From positions 1 to 32,417 of the forward strand of contig JBAXPY010000003.1 of the NCBI GenBank assembly GCA_037132035.1: a DNA stretch of 32,417 nucleotides, given 5' to 3'. Shown one piece after another: positions 1 to 9,428 of the stretch (positions within the stretch are counted from its first letter, which is position 1; each line of letters opens with the position of its first letter). Position numbers and translations under genes: made by a program. The notes below the pieces were generated by a model. It made no database searches, was not told the origin of the DNA, and was given only the letters and a program-made list of their open reading frames with translations. The DNA comes from Candidatus Moraniibacteriota bacterium. Lineage in GTDB: Bacteria; Patescibacteriota; Minisyncoccia; Moranbacterales; UBA2206.

Positions 1-67
1 CTATCGACACAAAATAACATCTGCGATAAGATTTGATTGAAGAAATAATAAAGTAGCTGACTTTTTT

Positions 68-352
68 ATGTTGGATAAAAAACTGAAAGAAGCGTTGGAA
101 CTTTTAGGCGGGCGAGCAGTGATTAAAGACCAGGATGAACACTATATTTTACTCACTTTGCGAGAATTTAGAAAAATTAAACAAGAGGGAGTTTTGGGGT
201 TGACAAAGCAAGAATTAGTTGATAAGATAAACAACGATATTGCAAGTTGGAAATTTTCTCAGGAAGAAGACAAATCAGCTGAAATTGAACTGGAAACCCT
301 GGGTGAGATAAAGAATGATGAGGTGCGCTATGAGAGTGTTTTGCAGTCATAG
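68..352 (+). CDS. hypothetical protein, 94 aa, acidic C-terminus
   Basis: ATG start, protein-like composition, same strand as neighbours; no family recognised. Confidence 0.7.
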   Translation: MLDKKLKEALELLGGRAVIKDQDEHYILLTLREFRKIKQEGVLGLTKQELVDKINNDIASWKFSQEEDKSAEIELETLGEIKNDEVRYESVLQS

Positions 353-355
353 GAG

Positions 356-364
356 TTATCCACA
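356..364 (+). promoter_or_regulatory. DnaA box
   Basis: Exact TTATCCACA, 19 nt upstream of the predicted tuf -35 element. Confidence 0.5.
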
Positions 365-383
365 GCTTGAGAACATTTTTTAT

Positions 384-412
384 TTGTCAAAAGTATTTTT
401 TTAGGGTAGAGT
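384..412 (+). promoter_or_regulatory. sigma70-type promoter for tuf
   Basis: TTGTCA (384-389), 17-nt spacer, TAGAGT (407-412). Confidence 0.5.
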
Positions 413-530
413 AGACGTTGTGTTAAAATCTAATTAAATTTAATAATAACAAAAAATCGCAAGCTGTTGCGGGATTGATTTTTTTCTAAAAAGAAGTCAC
501 CACAATAATTATGCGTAAGTTACCAAACAT

Positions 531-1724
531 ATGGCAGCAGAAAAATTTGCAAGAACCAAGCCTCATGTTAATGTTGGAACTATCGGTCACGTTGACCATG
601 GAAAAACGACATTGACTGCGGCAATCCTTCACGTTCTCAGTTTCTTGGGACATGCCAAGGAAAAGAGTATTGATGAAATTGACAAGGCTCCAGAAGAGAG
701 AGAGCGTGGAATTACAATCGCTACTGCACATTGCGAATATGAATCTGACAAGAGACATTATGCTCACGTAGATTGCCCAGGACATGCTGATTACATTAAA
801 AACATGATTACAGGTGCTGCTCAGATGGACGGAGCTATTTTGGTTGTAGCTGCGACTGATGGTCCTATGCCACAAACTCGAGAGCACATTCTTTTGGCTA
901 AACAAGTGGGTGTTCCAGAGATTGTGGTTTTCCTTAATAAGGTTGATATGGTGGATGATGCGGAGTTGATTGATCTAGTTGAGGCAGAGGTGCGAGAGCT
1001 TTTGACGAAATATGAATTTGACGGAGACAATGCAATTGTTATTCGTGGTTCAGCGCTTAAGGCTCTAGAGTCTAAATCAGTTGAAGAAGAGGCTGCAAAG
1101 CCTGTTATTGACTTGATTGCGGCACTTGACTCAAAAATTCCAGATCCAGTTCGTGAAATGGATAAGCCATTTCTTTTGCCGATTGAAGACATCTTTACAA
1201 TCGAAGGCCGTGGAACTGTTGTTACTGGAAGAATTGAAAGAGGCGTGATTAATATTAATGAAGAAGTGGAAATTATTGGACTTCGCCCAACTCAAAAAAC
1301 AGTTGTAACTGGAATCGAAATGTTTAATAAAACTCTTGACAGAGGGGAATGTGGTGACAATGCTGGAATTTTGATTCGTGGAATCAAAAAGGAAGATGTT
1401 GAAAGAGGTCAGGTTTTAGCTAAGCCAGGATCAATCACTCCTCACACAGAATTTGAATGCGAAGTGTATATCCTTACCAAAGAAGAAGGTGGACGACATA
1501 CTCCTTTCTTTAAAGGTTATAAGCCACAATTTTATGTTAGAACTACTGATGTGACTGGGGAAGTTATGCTTCCAGAGGGAACGGAAATGGTGATGCCTGG
1601 AGACACTGTAAGCTTTAAAGTTGTCTTAGGAGCTCCTGTTGCTATGGAGGAAGGAATGCGTTTTGCAATCCGAGAGGGTGGGCGCACAGTTGGCGCAGGT
1701 GTTGCTACTAAGATTGTAAAATAG
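531..1724 (+). CDS. tuf: elongation factor Tu
   Basis: [21 protein letters not shown] motifs; C-terminal [13 protein letters not shown]. Confidence 0.99.
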   Translation: MAAEKFARTKPHVNVGTIGHVDHGKTTLTAAILHVLSFLGHAKEKSIDEIDKAPEERERGITIATAHCEYESDKRHYAHVDCPGHADYIKNMITGAAQMDGAILVVAATDGPMPQTREHILLAKQVGVPEIVVFLNKVDMVDDAELIDLVEAEVRELLTKYEFDGDNAIVIRGSALKALESKSVEEEAAKPVIDLIAALDSKIPDPVREMDKPFLLPIEDIFTIEGRGTVVTGRIERGVININEEVEIIGLRPTQKTVVTGIEMFNKTLDRGECGDNAGILIRGIKKEDVERGQVLAKPGSITPHTEFECEVYILTKEEGGRHTPFFKGYKPQFYVRTTDVTGEVMLPEGTEMVMPGDTVSFKVVLGAPVAMEEGMRFAIREGGRTVGAGVATKIVK

Positions 1725-1784
1725 TCAAAAAACGAGTTTTTTCTTTGTCTGGCTCTGCTTCAAATAGGATAAAAAGCATAAAAT

Positions 1785-1813
1785 TTGACTGTTAAAATAT
1801 TCCATGCTAAGAT
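1785..1813 (+). promoter_or_regulatory. sigma70-type promoter of the S10 operon
   Basis: TTGACT (1785-1790), 17-nt spacer, extended -10 TGc-TAAGAT (1808-1813). Confidence 0.6.
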
Positions 1814-1998
1814 ATTCTATTGTAGGGGCAAGGGCCGGATTATAGAGGAAATTGTTAGTTTTATAATAAAAAAGTTTAACTCCAGAGCAAGTTTTAAGTT
1901 AATTGTTTCTAGAAGCTAGAAAGGGTTAACCAGCGAGCTCGTCCCGCCATAGACCCGAATGTTCGGGACGAAGGAGGATTAAAAATTCGAACAAATTG

Positions 1999-2325
1999 AT
2001 GTCAAAGAATGAAGAAGAGGTAAAAACAAGAATCAGAATTAAGATCAAGGCTTATGATCATAAAATTATTGATCAATCAGCCCGTCAAATTGTGGAAACA
2101 GCCGAGAGATCTGGCGCAAGCGTCGTAGGACCAGTTCCATTGCCGACAGAAATTCGCAAATTTACGGTCAACAAATCGACTTTTGTGCACAAAGATGCCC
2201 GTGATCAATATGAAATGAGAATCCATAAGCGGCTTATTGATATTATGAGCCCAACACCAAAGACGATTGATAGTTTGACAAATTTGGATTTGCCAGCAGG
2301 AGTGGATATAGAAATTAAAATGTAA
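1999..2325 (+). CDS. rpsJ: 30S ribosomal protein S10
   Basis: [35 protein letters not shown]; ATG at 1999 preferred over TTG at 1996. Confidence 0.98.
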   Translation: MSKNEEEVKTRIRIKIKAYDHKIIDQSARQIVETAERSGASVVGPVPLPTEIRKFTVNKSTFVHKDARDQYEMRIHKRLIDIMSPTPKTIDSLTNLDLPAGVDIEIKM

Positions 2326-2345
2326 TTAGAGATATCTAGTTAAAG

Positions 2346-2444
2346 TCCAGACGACTTGCATGAGTCGATAGGATACTAATCTAGCCAAGAAAGAAATTTC
2401 TTGAACCTTGAGAGGGGTTTTCGGCTGGTATTGAGCCGTTTTTT
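2346..2444 (+). promoter_or_regulatory. structured intergenic RNA, candidate attenuator upstream of rplC
   Basis: Hairpins with GAAA and GAGA tetraloops; terminator-like CGGCT/AGCCG stem followed by T6. Confidence 0.45.
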
Positions 2445-2464
2445 ATTTTATTTAAAGAAAAGCA

Positions 2465-3019
2465 ATGAAATTCATTTTAGGAAAAAAAATTGGAATGACA
2501 ACGATTTATGATGAAAAAGGCGCATTGAACGTGACTCTTTTGGAGTGTGGTTCAAAAGTTTCTTTGATCAAGGAGAAGGTGAAGGATGGCTATAGTGCTG
2601 TCCAGATGTTGATTGCTAAGACGAAAAATAAATCAAAGAAGAAAGAATTCCGCGTTGAGGGAAGTGAGCTTAAAAAAGATGATGTTGTAGATGTTTCCAT
2701 CTTTGAAATTAACGAGAAGGTAATTGTTAGCGGAACAAGTAAGGCGAAAGGATTCCAGGGTGTAGTCAAAAGATATGGCTTTAAGGGCGGATGTGCTTCC
2801 CATGGACATAAGCATGACTTGCGCGCTCCTGGATCAATCGGTTCTGGTTTTCCAGAGCATGTGGTGAAGGGAAAGAGAATGGCAGGGAGAATGGGTGGAG
2901 AGCGAATAACAACAAAAAACTTGAAGGTAGTTTTCATTGATGTAGAAAAGAACATATTGGGCATTAAAGGAGCAGTTCCGGGTATTCCAGGAGGAATAGT
3001 GGAAATTAAAGCAATCTAA
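2465..3019 (+). CDS. rplC: 50S ribosomal protein L3 (short, 184 aa)
   Basis: GKKIGMT, GTSKAKGFQGVVKR, RAPGSIG, KGKRMAGRMG, KGAVPG. Confidence 0.97.
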   Translation: MKFILGKKIGMTTIYDEKGALNVTLLECGSKVSLIKEKVKDGYSAVQMLIAKTKNKSKKKEFRVEGSELKKDDVVDVSIFEINEKVIVSGTSKAKGFQGVVKRYGFKGGCASHGHKHDLRAPGSIGSGFPEHVVKGKRMAGRMGGERITTKNLKVVFIDVEKNILGIKGAVPGIPGGIVEIKAI

Positions 3020-3029
3020 TCTTAAAAGT

Positions 3030-3671
3030 ATGGCAACACTAAAGGTTTATAATCTCGAAGGGAAAGAAATTGAGGAAATGCAAATTTCTGATTCTGTTTT
3101 TGGTTTGCCAAAAAATGACGATTTAGTTCATCAAATCGTTGTAGCAATGGATGCTAATAAGAGACAGGTGTTGGCAGATACGAAAACTCGAGGAGAAAGA
3201 GCTGGTAGTGGAATCAAGCCTTGGAAGCAGAAAGGAACTGGTCGCGCTCGTGTTGGTTCAAGAAGAACTCCGCTTTGGAAAAAAGGAGGCGTTGTTTTCG
3301 GACCAAGCAATGACAGGAACTACAAACAAAAGATCAACAAAAAGATGAATCAAAAGGCGATTGCAACCGTGCTTAGTGGAAAACTTAAGGATCAGGAGAT
3401 TTTTGTGATTGATAAGTTGAGTTTTTCAGACAAGAAGACCAAGCAAGTTGCTGGGATGCTTTTGAATTTCAAAATTAAAGGCAAAACTTTGATGGCTTTT
3501 TGTGACTCTGAGAAAGAATTTCGTATTGTAAGCAGAAATCTTGCTAAGGTAGAAAATATTTTGACACCACAGCTCAATGTTCTTGATATGCTGCGAAATA
3601 GGAATTTATTTATGAGCAAGGAGTCTGTAATGTATCTCGAGGAAAAGTATAAACAAGCTGAATTAAAATAA
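3030..3671 (+). CDS. rplD: 50S ribosomal protein L4
   Basis: [27 protein letters not shown]. Confidence 0.98.
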   Translation: MATLKVYNLEGKEIEEMQISDSVFGLPKNDDLVHQIVVAMDANKRQVLADTKTRGERAGSGIKPWKQKGTGRARVGSRRTPLWKKGGVVFGPSNDRNYKQKINKKMNQKAIATVLSGKLKDQEIFVIDKLSFSDKKTKQVAGMLLNFKIKGKTLMAFCDSEKEFRIVSRNLAKVENILTPQLNVLDMLRNRNLFMSKESVMYLEEKYKQAELK

Positions 3672-3985
3672 TGGAAAATAACGTAAACCCCAATCAAGAA
3701 AATATTCTCTCAAAAGTTCTCATTGAGCCGATTGTAACTGAGGCGGCCACTGTGCTTATTGAGAATAATAAATATATTTTCAAAATATCTTCTCGTGCGA
3801 CTAAATTGCAAGTTAAGATGGCAATTGAAAAAATTTATAATGTTAAGGTTGAAAAGGTTAACACTGTCAGTGTACCAAGAAAATTTCGCAGTCGAGGAAG
3901 AATTCCTGGTTGGAAGCCAGGTTACAGGAAAGCTATCGTAACACTAAAGGCGGGTAATAAGATTGATGTTTTTGAAGGAAAATAA
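3671..3985 (+). CDS. rplW: 50S ribosomal protein L23
   Basis: PIVTE, VKVEKVNT, KAIVTL; operon position. Confidence 0.96.
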   Translation: MENNVNPNQENILSKVLIEPIVTEAATVLIENNKYIFKISSRATKLQVKMAIEKIYNVKVEKVNTVSVPRKFRSRGRIPGWKPGYRKAIVTLKAGNKIDVFEGK

Positions 3986-4006
3986 TTTAGTCTAAAGAGT
4001 GCAAAT

Positions 4007-4840
4007 ATGGCAATTAAGATTTACAAAAAAAATACCGCTGGACGTCGAAATATGTCGATTGTTAAGGTTGATTATATTTCAAAGAAAAAGCCAGAAAAAG
4101 CCCTTTTAGCAAAACAAGGCAAATTAGCTGGGCGTTCGCATGGAAAAATTTCAGTTCGTCATCAGGGGGGTGGAAATAAGCAGCGATATCGTATCGTAGA
4201 CTTTCTACAAGACAAGCTTGGTATATCTGGACGAGTAGCTGCGATTGAAAAAGACCCGAATAGAAAAGCCTTTATTGCTCTTGTGAATTATGCTGATGGG
4301 GAAAAACGTTATATTTTGGCGACAGAAGGAATGCGAGAAGGTCAAGAAGTGATGTCTGCGGAAAATGCTCCAGTAAAGCAGGGGAATCGTGCTAAGGTAA
4401 AAAATATTCCAGTTGGAACAACTATCTGTAATTTGGAATTATTTCCAGGGCACGGTGGACAAATCGTTCGAAGTGCTGGAAGCTCAGCTAGCCTTACTGC
4501 TGTGGATGATAAAACAGCTCAGATCAAGTTGCCTTCTGGAGAAATTCGACTCGTTAGCAATGAATGCTATGCAACAATTGGACAAGCTAGTAATTTCGAG
4601 AGTAATTCTATAAATCTTGGAAAAGCTGGTAAGAGTCGTTGGCTCAATAAACGCCCCGCTGTTCGCGGATCGGCAATGAATCCAGTTGATCATCCACACG
4701 GAGGAGGCGAAGGACGTCAAGGAATCGGACTTAAACATCCCAAGACTCCTTGGGGAAAGCCAGCCCTTGGAAAGAAGACAAGAAAGAGGAAAAAATATAG
4801 CAATAAGTATATAATCAAAAGAAGAGTTAAGCGGAAATAA
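4007..4840 (+). CDS. rplB: 50S ribosomal protein L2
   Basis: RHQGGG, DPNR, VRGSAMNPVDHPHGGGEG, TPWG. Confidence 0.99.
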   Translation: MAIKIYKKNTAGRRNMSIVKVDYISKKKPEKALLAKQGKLAGRSHGKISVRHQGGGNKQRYRIVDFLQDKLGISGRVAAIEKDPNRKAFIALVNYADGEKRYILATEGMREGQEVMSAENAPVKQGNRAKVKNIPVGTTICNLELFPGHGGQIVRSAGSSASLTAVDDKTAQIKLPSGEIRLVSNECYATIGQASNFESNSINLGKAGKSRWLNKRPAVRGSAMNPVDHPHGGGEGRQGIGLKHPKTPWGKPALGKKTRKRKKYSNKYIIKRRVKRK

Positions 4841-4843
4841 TAT

Positions 4844-5188
4844 ATGACACGAAGTCTGAAAAAAGGTCCTTATGTGGACGAAAGATTAATCAAAAAGGTG
4901 CTTGATAAGAAGCCAGGCGACAGAAGCGTGATAAAGACATGGATTCGCGCAGCAGTTATCTCTCCGGAAATGGTTGGTTTTACTTTTGGTGTCTACAATG
5001 GAAAAATATTTATTTCCGTAACCCCGACAGAAGAGATGGTAGGGCACCGGCTCGGAGAATTTTCCCCAACACGTAAATTTACTCGGCACGGAGGCAAGAT
5101 GCAAAAGGAAATGGAAACAGCTGCGAAACAAAAAGAAGCTGATGCGTCTAAGGCTGCCAAGGCGTCAGATACTACTAAGAAGAAATAA
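4844..5188 (+). CDS. rpsS: 30S ribosomal protein S19 with Ala/Lys-rich tail
   Basis: [22 protein letters not shown]. Confidence 0.98.
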   Translation: MTRSLKKGPYVDERLIKKVLDKKPGDRSVIKTWIRAAVISPEMVGFTFGVYNGKIFISVTPTEEMVGHRLGEFSPTRKFTRHGGKMQKEMETAAKQKEADASKAAKASDTTKKK

Positions 5189-5200
5189 TAGAGAAATCAC

Positions 5201-5776
5201 ATGAAAGTTACAGCAGAATTAAACAATTTAAGAATCTCTCCGCGCAAAGTGAAATTGGTCGCTGATTTGATTAAGGGAATGGACGCCATCGAGGCGGTTG
5301 CTCAGCTTGATGTAGCGATTAAAAAAACTAGCGGATACATGCAAAAACTCTTATTGAGTGCCATTGCTAATGCTGAAAACAATTTTGGCCTTTCAAAAAG
5401 CAATCTTTATGTATTAGACGCGGTCGTCGGTGCTGGACCAACGCTTAAGCGGTGGATGCCAAAAGCATATGGTCGTGCCGGACAAATTCTGAAAAGAACT
5501 TCAAAAGTAAGAATAGTTTTGGAAGAAAGAATTGAAGGTAAGGACAGAAAAAGCAAAGAACAGATGGAAAAAGAAAAAGCTGAAAAAGTTAAAAAAGCAA
5601 CTCAGGAGCTGAAAAAAGAAGAGGAAAGAAAAAAAGAAGAGAAGAAAGATGCGGTCAAGGAGGCTAAGACAGAAAAGATAGCTGAAGTCAAAACAAAGAG
5701 TGCGGACAAGACGAAGAAAACTGCCGAAGAACCGAAGAGTTGGAAAAATAAGATATTTAGACGGAAGTCAATGTAA
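5201..5776 (+). CDS. rplV: 50S ribosomal protein L22 with long charged C-terminal extension
   Basis: RISPRKVKLVADLIKG, SAIANAENN, GPTLKRWMPKAYGRA. Confidence 0.97.
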   Translation: MKVTAELNNLRISPRKVKLVADLIKGMDAIEAVAQLDVAIKKTSGYMQKLLLSAIANAENNFGLSKSNLYVLDAVVGAGPTLKRWMPKAYGRAGQILKRTSKVRIVLEERIEGKDRKSKEQMEKEKAEKVKKATQELKKEEERKKEEKKDAVKEAKTEKIAEVKTKSADKTKKTAEEPKSWKNKIFRRKSM

Positions 5777-5798
5777 ATTTATTTAAACGCAAATACCT

Positions 5799-6458
5799 AT
5801 GGGACATAAAGTAAATCCAGTTGGACTGCGCTTGGGAATCACTCAAGATTGGAAATCCAAATGGTTCAGCAAAAAAGATTATAATAAAAACCTCAAGCAA
5901 GATATTGAGATCCGTTTGGAAGTGATGAAAAAATGGAAAGCAGCTTTTATTGGTGAAGTTGAAATTGAAAGATCTCAAGCGGCTGTGAAGATTATTATAA
6001 AGACTGCTCGTCCAGGAGTTTTAATTGGACGCGGTGGAAGCGGAGTTGAAGATATTAAGCACTATATCCAAAACACTTTTTTTAAAAGTAACAGAAGAGC
6101 TGATCTGAGAATTGAAATACAAGAAATCAAGAACTTTGAAGAAAGTGCCATGATTGTAGCTCAGAATGTTGCGGAGCAACTAGAGAAAAGAATCCCATTT
6201 AGGAGAGCGATGAAAATGATGCTGGAGCAAGCCATGAAAAATACCATGATCAAAGGAGTTAAGATTGAGATGTCAGGAAGATTGGGTGGAGCTGAGATGT
6301 CACGAAGAGAGTGGCTTTCGAAGGGAACATTGCCACTTCACACATTGCGAGCGAATATTGATTTTGCTAGAGCGACAGCGTTTACAACATATGGAGCAAT
6401 CGGAGTGAAAGCGTGGCTCTATAAAGGTGAAGTGTTTGATACTAAAAAAACGAATTAA
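5799..6458 (+). CDS. rpsC: 30S ribosomal protein S3
   Basis: MGHKVNPVGLRLG, RPGVLIGRGG, SGRLGGAEM, PLHTLRANID. Confidence 0.99.
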   Translation: MGHKVNPVGLRLGITQDWKSKWFSKKDYNKNLKQDIEIRLEVMKKWKAAFIGEVEIERSQAAVKIIIKTARPGVLIGRGGSGVEDIKHYIQNTFFKSNRRADLRIEIQEIKNFEESAMIVAQNVAEQLEKRIPFRRAMKMMLEQAMKNTMIKGVKIEMSGRLGGAEMSRREWLSKGTLPLHTLRANIDFARATAFTTYGAIGVKAWLYKGEVFDTKKTN

Positions 6459-6470
6459 AGTAAAAAGCGT

Positions 6471-6884
6471 ATGTTGATGCCAAAGAAAGTAAAACATAGA
6501 AAAGTGCAGAGAGGCGGAGCAATCCGTGGCAATGCAATGCGAGGGAACTCAATCAGTTTTGGTAGTTTTGGCTTGAAAGCAGTTAGCGCCAGTCTCGTAT
6601 CCTCGAGGCAGATTGAAGCTGCTCGTCGAGCGATGACAAGATATGTGCAAAGAGGAGGAAAGATTTGGATTCGGATTTTTCCCGATAAGCCAATGACAAA
6701 AATAGGTGATGAAACTCCAATGGGTAAGGGAAAGGGAGGTGTGGATGATTTTGTTGCTGTGGTGAAGCCTGGGACTGTTATGTTTGAGATGGATGGTGTG
6801 AAAATAGAGATTGCAAAGGAAGCTATGCGACTAGCATCTCATAAGTTAAATTTGAAAACTAAATTTGTTACTAAAGAGGAATAA
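6471..6884 (+). CDS. rplP: 50S ribosomal protein L16
   Basis: [34 protein letters not shown]. Confidence 0.99.
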   Translation: MLMPKKVKHRKVQRGGAIRGNAMRGNSISFGSFGLKAVSASLVSSRQIEAARRAMTRYVQRGGKIWIRIFPDKPMTKIGDETPMGKGKGGVDDFVAVVKPGTVMFEMDGVKIEIAKEAMRLASHKLNLKTKFVTKEE

Positions 6885-6894
6885 GAATATTGTT

Positions 6895-7089
6895 ATGAAA
6901 ATCAAGGAATTGAGAGAAAAAAATATTGCCGAACTAAAAAAGCTTCTTGCTGAAAAAGAAGAAGGTATTCGCAAATTCAGATTTGAGTTGGCAACAAAGC
7001 AAGTAAAGGGGACGAGACAGATAAGGACTGCCAAGCGTGATGTTGCTAGGATTATAACATTAATTGGTCAGGAAGATAAGTTAGCTTAA
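6895..7089 (+). CDS. rpmC: 50S ribosomal protein L29
   Basis: MKIKELRE...IRTAKRDVARIIT; in-frame ATG at 6895 avoids overlap with rplP. Confidence 0.93.
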   Translation: MKIKELREKNIAELKKLLAEKEEGIRKFRFELATKQVKGTRQIRTAKRDVARIITLIGQEDKLA

Positions 7090-7099
7090 AGATAATTTT

Positions 7100-7351
7100 A
7101 TGGATAGTCAAAAAGTTGAAAAAACCAAGATCATTACACGCAAAAAGGGTGTTGTTGTTTCTGATAAGATGCAAAAGACAATAGTTGTAGCCGTTGATAC
7201 TCTTAAAACGCACCCTAAATACAAGAAGAAATACCGTTCAACCAAGAAATATAAGGCTCATGATGAGGAAAATAAGTTTAAGATTGGGGATACTGTGGAA
7301 ATTGTCCCATGTAAGCCAATTAGCAAGGATAAAAATTATCGAGTAGTTTAA
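7100..7351 (+). CDS. rpsQ: 30S ribosomal protein S17
   Basis: [28 protein letters not shown]. Confidence 0.98.
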   Translation: MDSQKVEKTKIITRKKGVVVSDKMQKTIVVAVDTLKTHPKYKKKYRSTKKYKAHDEENKFKIGDTVEIVPCKPISKDKNYRVV

Positions 7352-7355
7352 ATAT

Positions 7356-7721
7356 ATGATACAAGCAGAATCAAAATTGAATGTAGCTGATAATAGTGGC
7401 GCTAAGGTTATTAAGTGCTTCAAGGTTCTTGGTGGAAGTAAGAGAAGATTTGCTCAAATTGGGGACATTATCGTTGCAAGCGTTAAATCAGCTGAGCCTC
7501 GAGGAATGGTGAAAAAAGGTGATAAGGTAAGAGCTGTGATTGTTCGCCAAAGAAAAGAATTTCGTCGAAAGGATGGTTCATATATTCGTTTTGATGAAAA
7601 TGCTGCTGTGATTGTGGAAGCCAAGGAGCCAAAGGGGACTCGAATTTTTGGGCCAATTGCCAGAGAGATTAGAGATAGAGGATATGCTAAGATTGCTTCT
7701 CTTGCTCCAGAGGTATTATAA
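7356..7721 (+). CDS. rplN: 50S ribosomal protein L14
   Basis: MIQ...[29 protein letters not shown]. Confidence 0.99.
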   Translation: MIQAESKLNVADNSGAKVIKCFKVLGGSKRRFAQIGDIIVASVKSAEPRGMVKKGDKVRAVIVRQRKEFRRKDGSYIRFDENAAVIVEAKEPKGTRIFGPIAREIRDRGYAKIASLAPEVL

Positions 7722-7755
7722 ATAAGAAAACGATTTAAGATGCAGTTATAATCAT

Positions 7756-8061
7756 ATGAAAATTAAGAAAAACGATTTAGTTAAGATGCTTGCAGGCAAA
7801 GACAGTGGCAAAACTGGGAAGGTTCTGCGTGTCTATCCTACAGAGAAAAAAGTAGTTGTGGATGGTCTGAACATGCTTAAAAAACACAATAAGCCAAGAA
7901 AAGAAGGAGAAAAAGGTCAAAGAGTGGAGATACCAAGAAAGATTGATATCTCAAATGCTATGGTCGTTTGCCCTAAATGTGGAAAACCAGCCAGAATTGC
8001 TTATAAGATAGAGGGCGAGAAGAAAATCCGGGTATGTAAGAAATGTCAAGCAGAAATTTAA
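7756..8061 (+). CDS. rplX: 50S ribosomal protein L24
   Basis: KOW-like AGKDSGKTGKV; C-terminal CPKC/CKKC; operon position. Confidence 0.97.
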   Translation: MKIKKNDLVKMLAGKDSGKTGKVLRVYPTEKKVVVDGLNMLKKHNKPRKEGEKGQRVEIPRKIDISNAMVVCPKCGKPARIAYKIEGEKKIRVCKKCQAEI

Positions 8062-8093
8062 CCCGCCTTCGCTAAAGCTACGGCGTGGCGAAG
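8062..8093. repeat. short GC-rich palindromic intergenic element
   Basis: CCCGCCTTCGCTAAAGCTACGGCGTGGCGAAG; CTTCGCTA pairs with TGGCGAAG. Confidence 0.45.
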
Positions 8094-8122
8094 TAATTTA
8101 GAGATTAATTTAAAAGACAAGT

Positions 8123-8671
8123 ATGTCAACAATTTACGAAAAATATAAGACCGAAGTGGCCACTGAAATGAAAAAAAGCCTTAACCTGAGCAATGTTTTA
8201 CAAGTGCCAAAAATTGAAAAGGTGGTTGTTAACGTGGGAATCGGAAAATTTATCAAAGACTCTGCATTGGTTACGGATATTTTTAATTCTTTGAAGGCAA
8301 TTACTGGACAAAAGCCAGTAATGACAAAGGCCAAACAATCAATCGCTGGTTTCAAGACGAGAGAAGGGTTGGAAATTGGAATTAAGGTGACTTTGCGTGG
8401 AAAGAGAAAATGGGATTTTTTGGAAAAATTGGTTGGTGCTTCTATTCCACGTATTAGAGACTTTCATGGAATCAAGCTGGGATCAGTGGATAAGGGCGGA
8501 AATCTTAATCTTGGAATCAAAGAACACCTCATATTCCCAGAGATTCTCCCAGAACAGGTCAAGACAACTTTCGGAATGCAGGTGAATGTGGTGACGAACG
8601 CGAAGACTCAAGAAAAAGGAATGATGCTTTTCAAATTACTCGGATTTCCTCTTGAGAAGCGCGATAAATAG
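8123..8671 (+). CDS. rplE: 50S ribosomal protein L5
   Basis: PKIEKVVVNVG, ITGQKP, KVTLRG, PRIRDF, IFPEI. Confidence 0.98.
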   Translation: MSTIYEKYKTEVATEMKKSLNLSNVLQVPKIEKVVVNVGIGKFIKDSALVTDIFNSLKAITGQKPVMTKAKQSIAGFKTREGLEIGIKVTLRGKRKWDFLEKLVGASIPRIRDFHGIKLGSVDKGGNLNLGIKEHLIFPEILPEQVKTTFGMQVNVVTNAKTQEKGMMLFKLLGFPLEKRDK

Positions 8672-8704
8672 AGAGTTTTTATAATAAGTATTAAATAGAG
8701 CAAA

Positions 8705-8890
8705 ATGGCCAAATTATCAGTTGAAGTTAGAGCAAAAAAGAAACCAAAGTTTTCCACGAGAATTGTGAGGCGTTGTTGGAAATGCGGAAGGAAACATGGT
8801 TATATGCGTAAGTTTGATCTCTGTCGGATCTGCTTTCGAGAGCTTGCTAGTACTGGGCAATTGCCTGGCGTAAAGCGATCAAGCTGGTAG
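8705..8890 (+). CDS. rpsZ: 30S ribosomal protein S14, Zn-binding type
   Basis: 61 aa; CWKC...CRIC; LPGVKRSSW. Confidence 0.97.
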   Translation: MAKLSVEVRAKKKPKFSTRIVRRCWKCGRKHGYMRKFDLCRICFRELASTGQLPGVKRSSW

Positions 8891-8963
8891 AGATTTTTCA
8901 TTAAAATAAATAAAGAGTAATTATATAGTTTGATTTGGTATTAAATTTTGAATTTTAAAGAGT

Positions 8964-9368
8964 ATGTTAGACCCAATCTCGGAAATGTTAACCAAAATTA
9001 GGAATGCTCAGATGGCGCAGCACAAAACCGTCACTGTTAGTGCTTCTAAGTTAAAAATGGCTTTAGCTAAGATTTTGGAAAAAGAAGGTTTTGTTGACGC
9101 CGTTACGAAAGAAAAGCAGGGTGATTTTGATGTGATAAAAATAACTTTGAAATATTATATCATTTCTAATACAAATAAAACACCAGCAATTAAGGGAATC
9201 AGAAGAATCAGTAAAGAAGGGCAAAGAATTTATGTCAAAAGTAAGGATATTAGAAGCGTTAAAAATAATTATGGCGTTGCGCTTATTTCAACTTCCAAGG
9301 GTGTGATGACTGATCATGATGCGAAAAAGACGGGACTCGGAGGGGAGTATATTTGTGAGGTGTGGTAA
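8964..9368 (+). CDS. rpsH: 30S ribosomal protein S8
   Basis: DPISEMLTKIRNA, STSKGVMT, GGEYICEVW. Confidence 0.98.
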   Translation: MLDPISEMLTKIRNAQMAQHKTVTVSASKLKMALAKILEKEGFVDAVTKEKQGDFDVIKITLKYYIISNTNKTPAIKGIRRISKEGQRIYVKSKDIRSVKNNYGVALISTSKGVMTDHDAKKTGLGGEYICEVW

Positions 9369-9392
9369 TTATGGGAATAATGATTCGTATGT

Positions 9393-9421
9393 TCCCGCCA
9401 AGGCGGGATTCGCGAAGCGAA
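9393..9421. repeat. tandem mini-hairpin intergenic element
   Basis: TCCCGCC-AA-GGCGGGA followed by TTCGC-GAA-GCGAA. Confidence 0.5.
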
Positions 9422-9428
9422 CAATTTT

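Noticed and set aside
486-1192. Minus-strand ORFs opposite tuf (139 and 123 aa)
   Set aside because: Antisense shadows of a highly conserved gene; no motifs of their own
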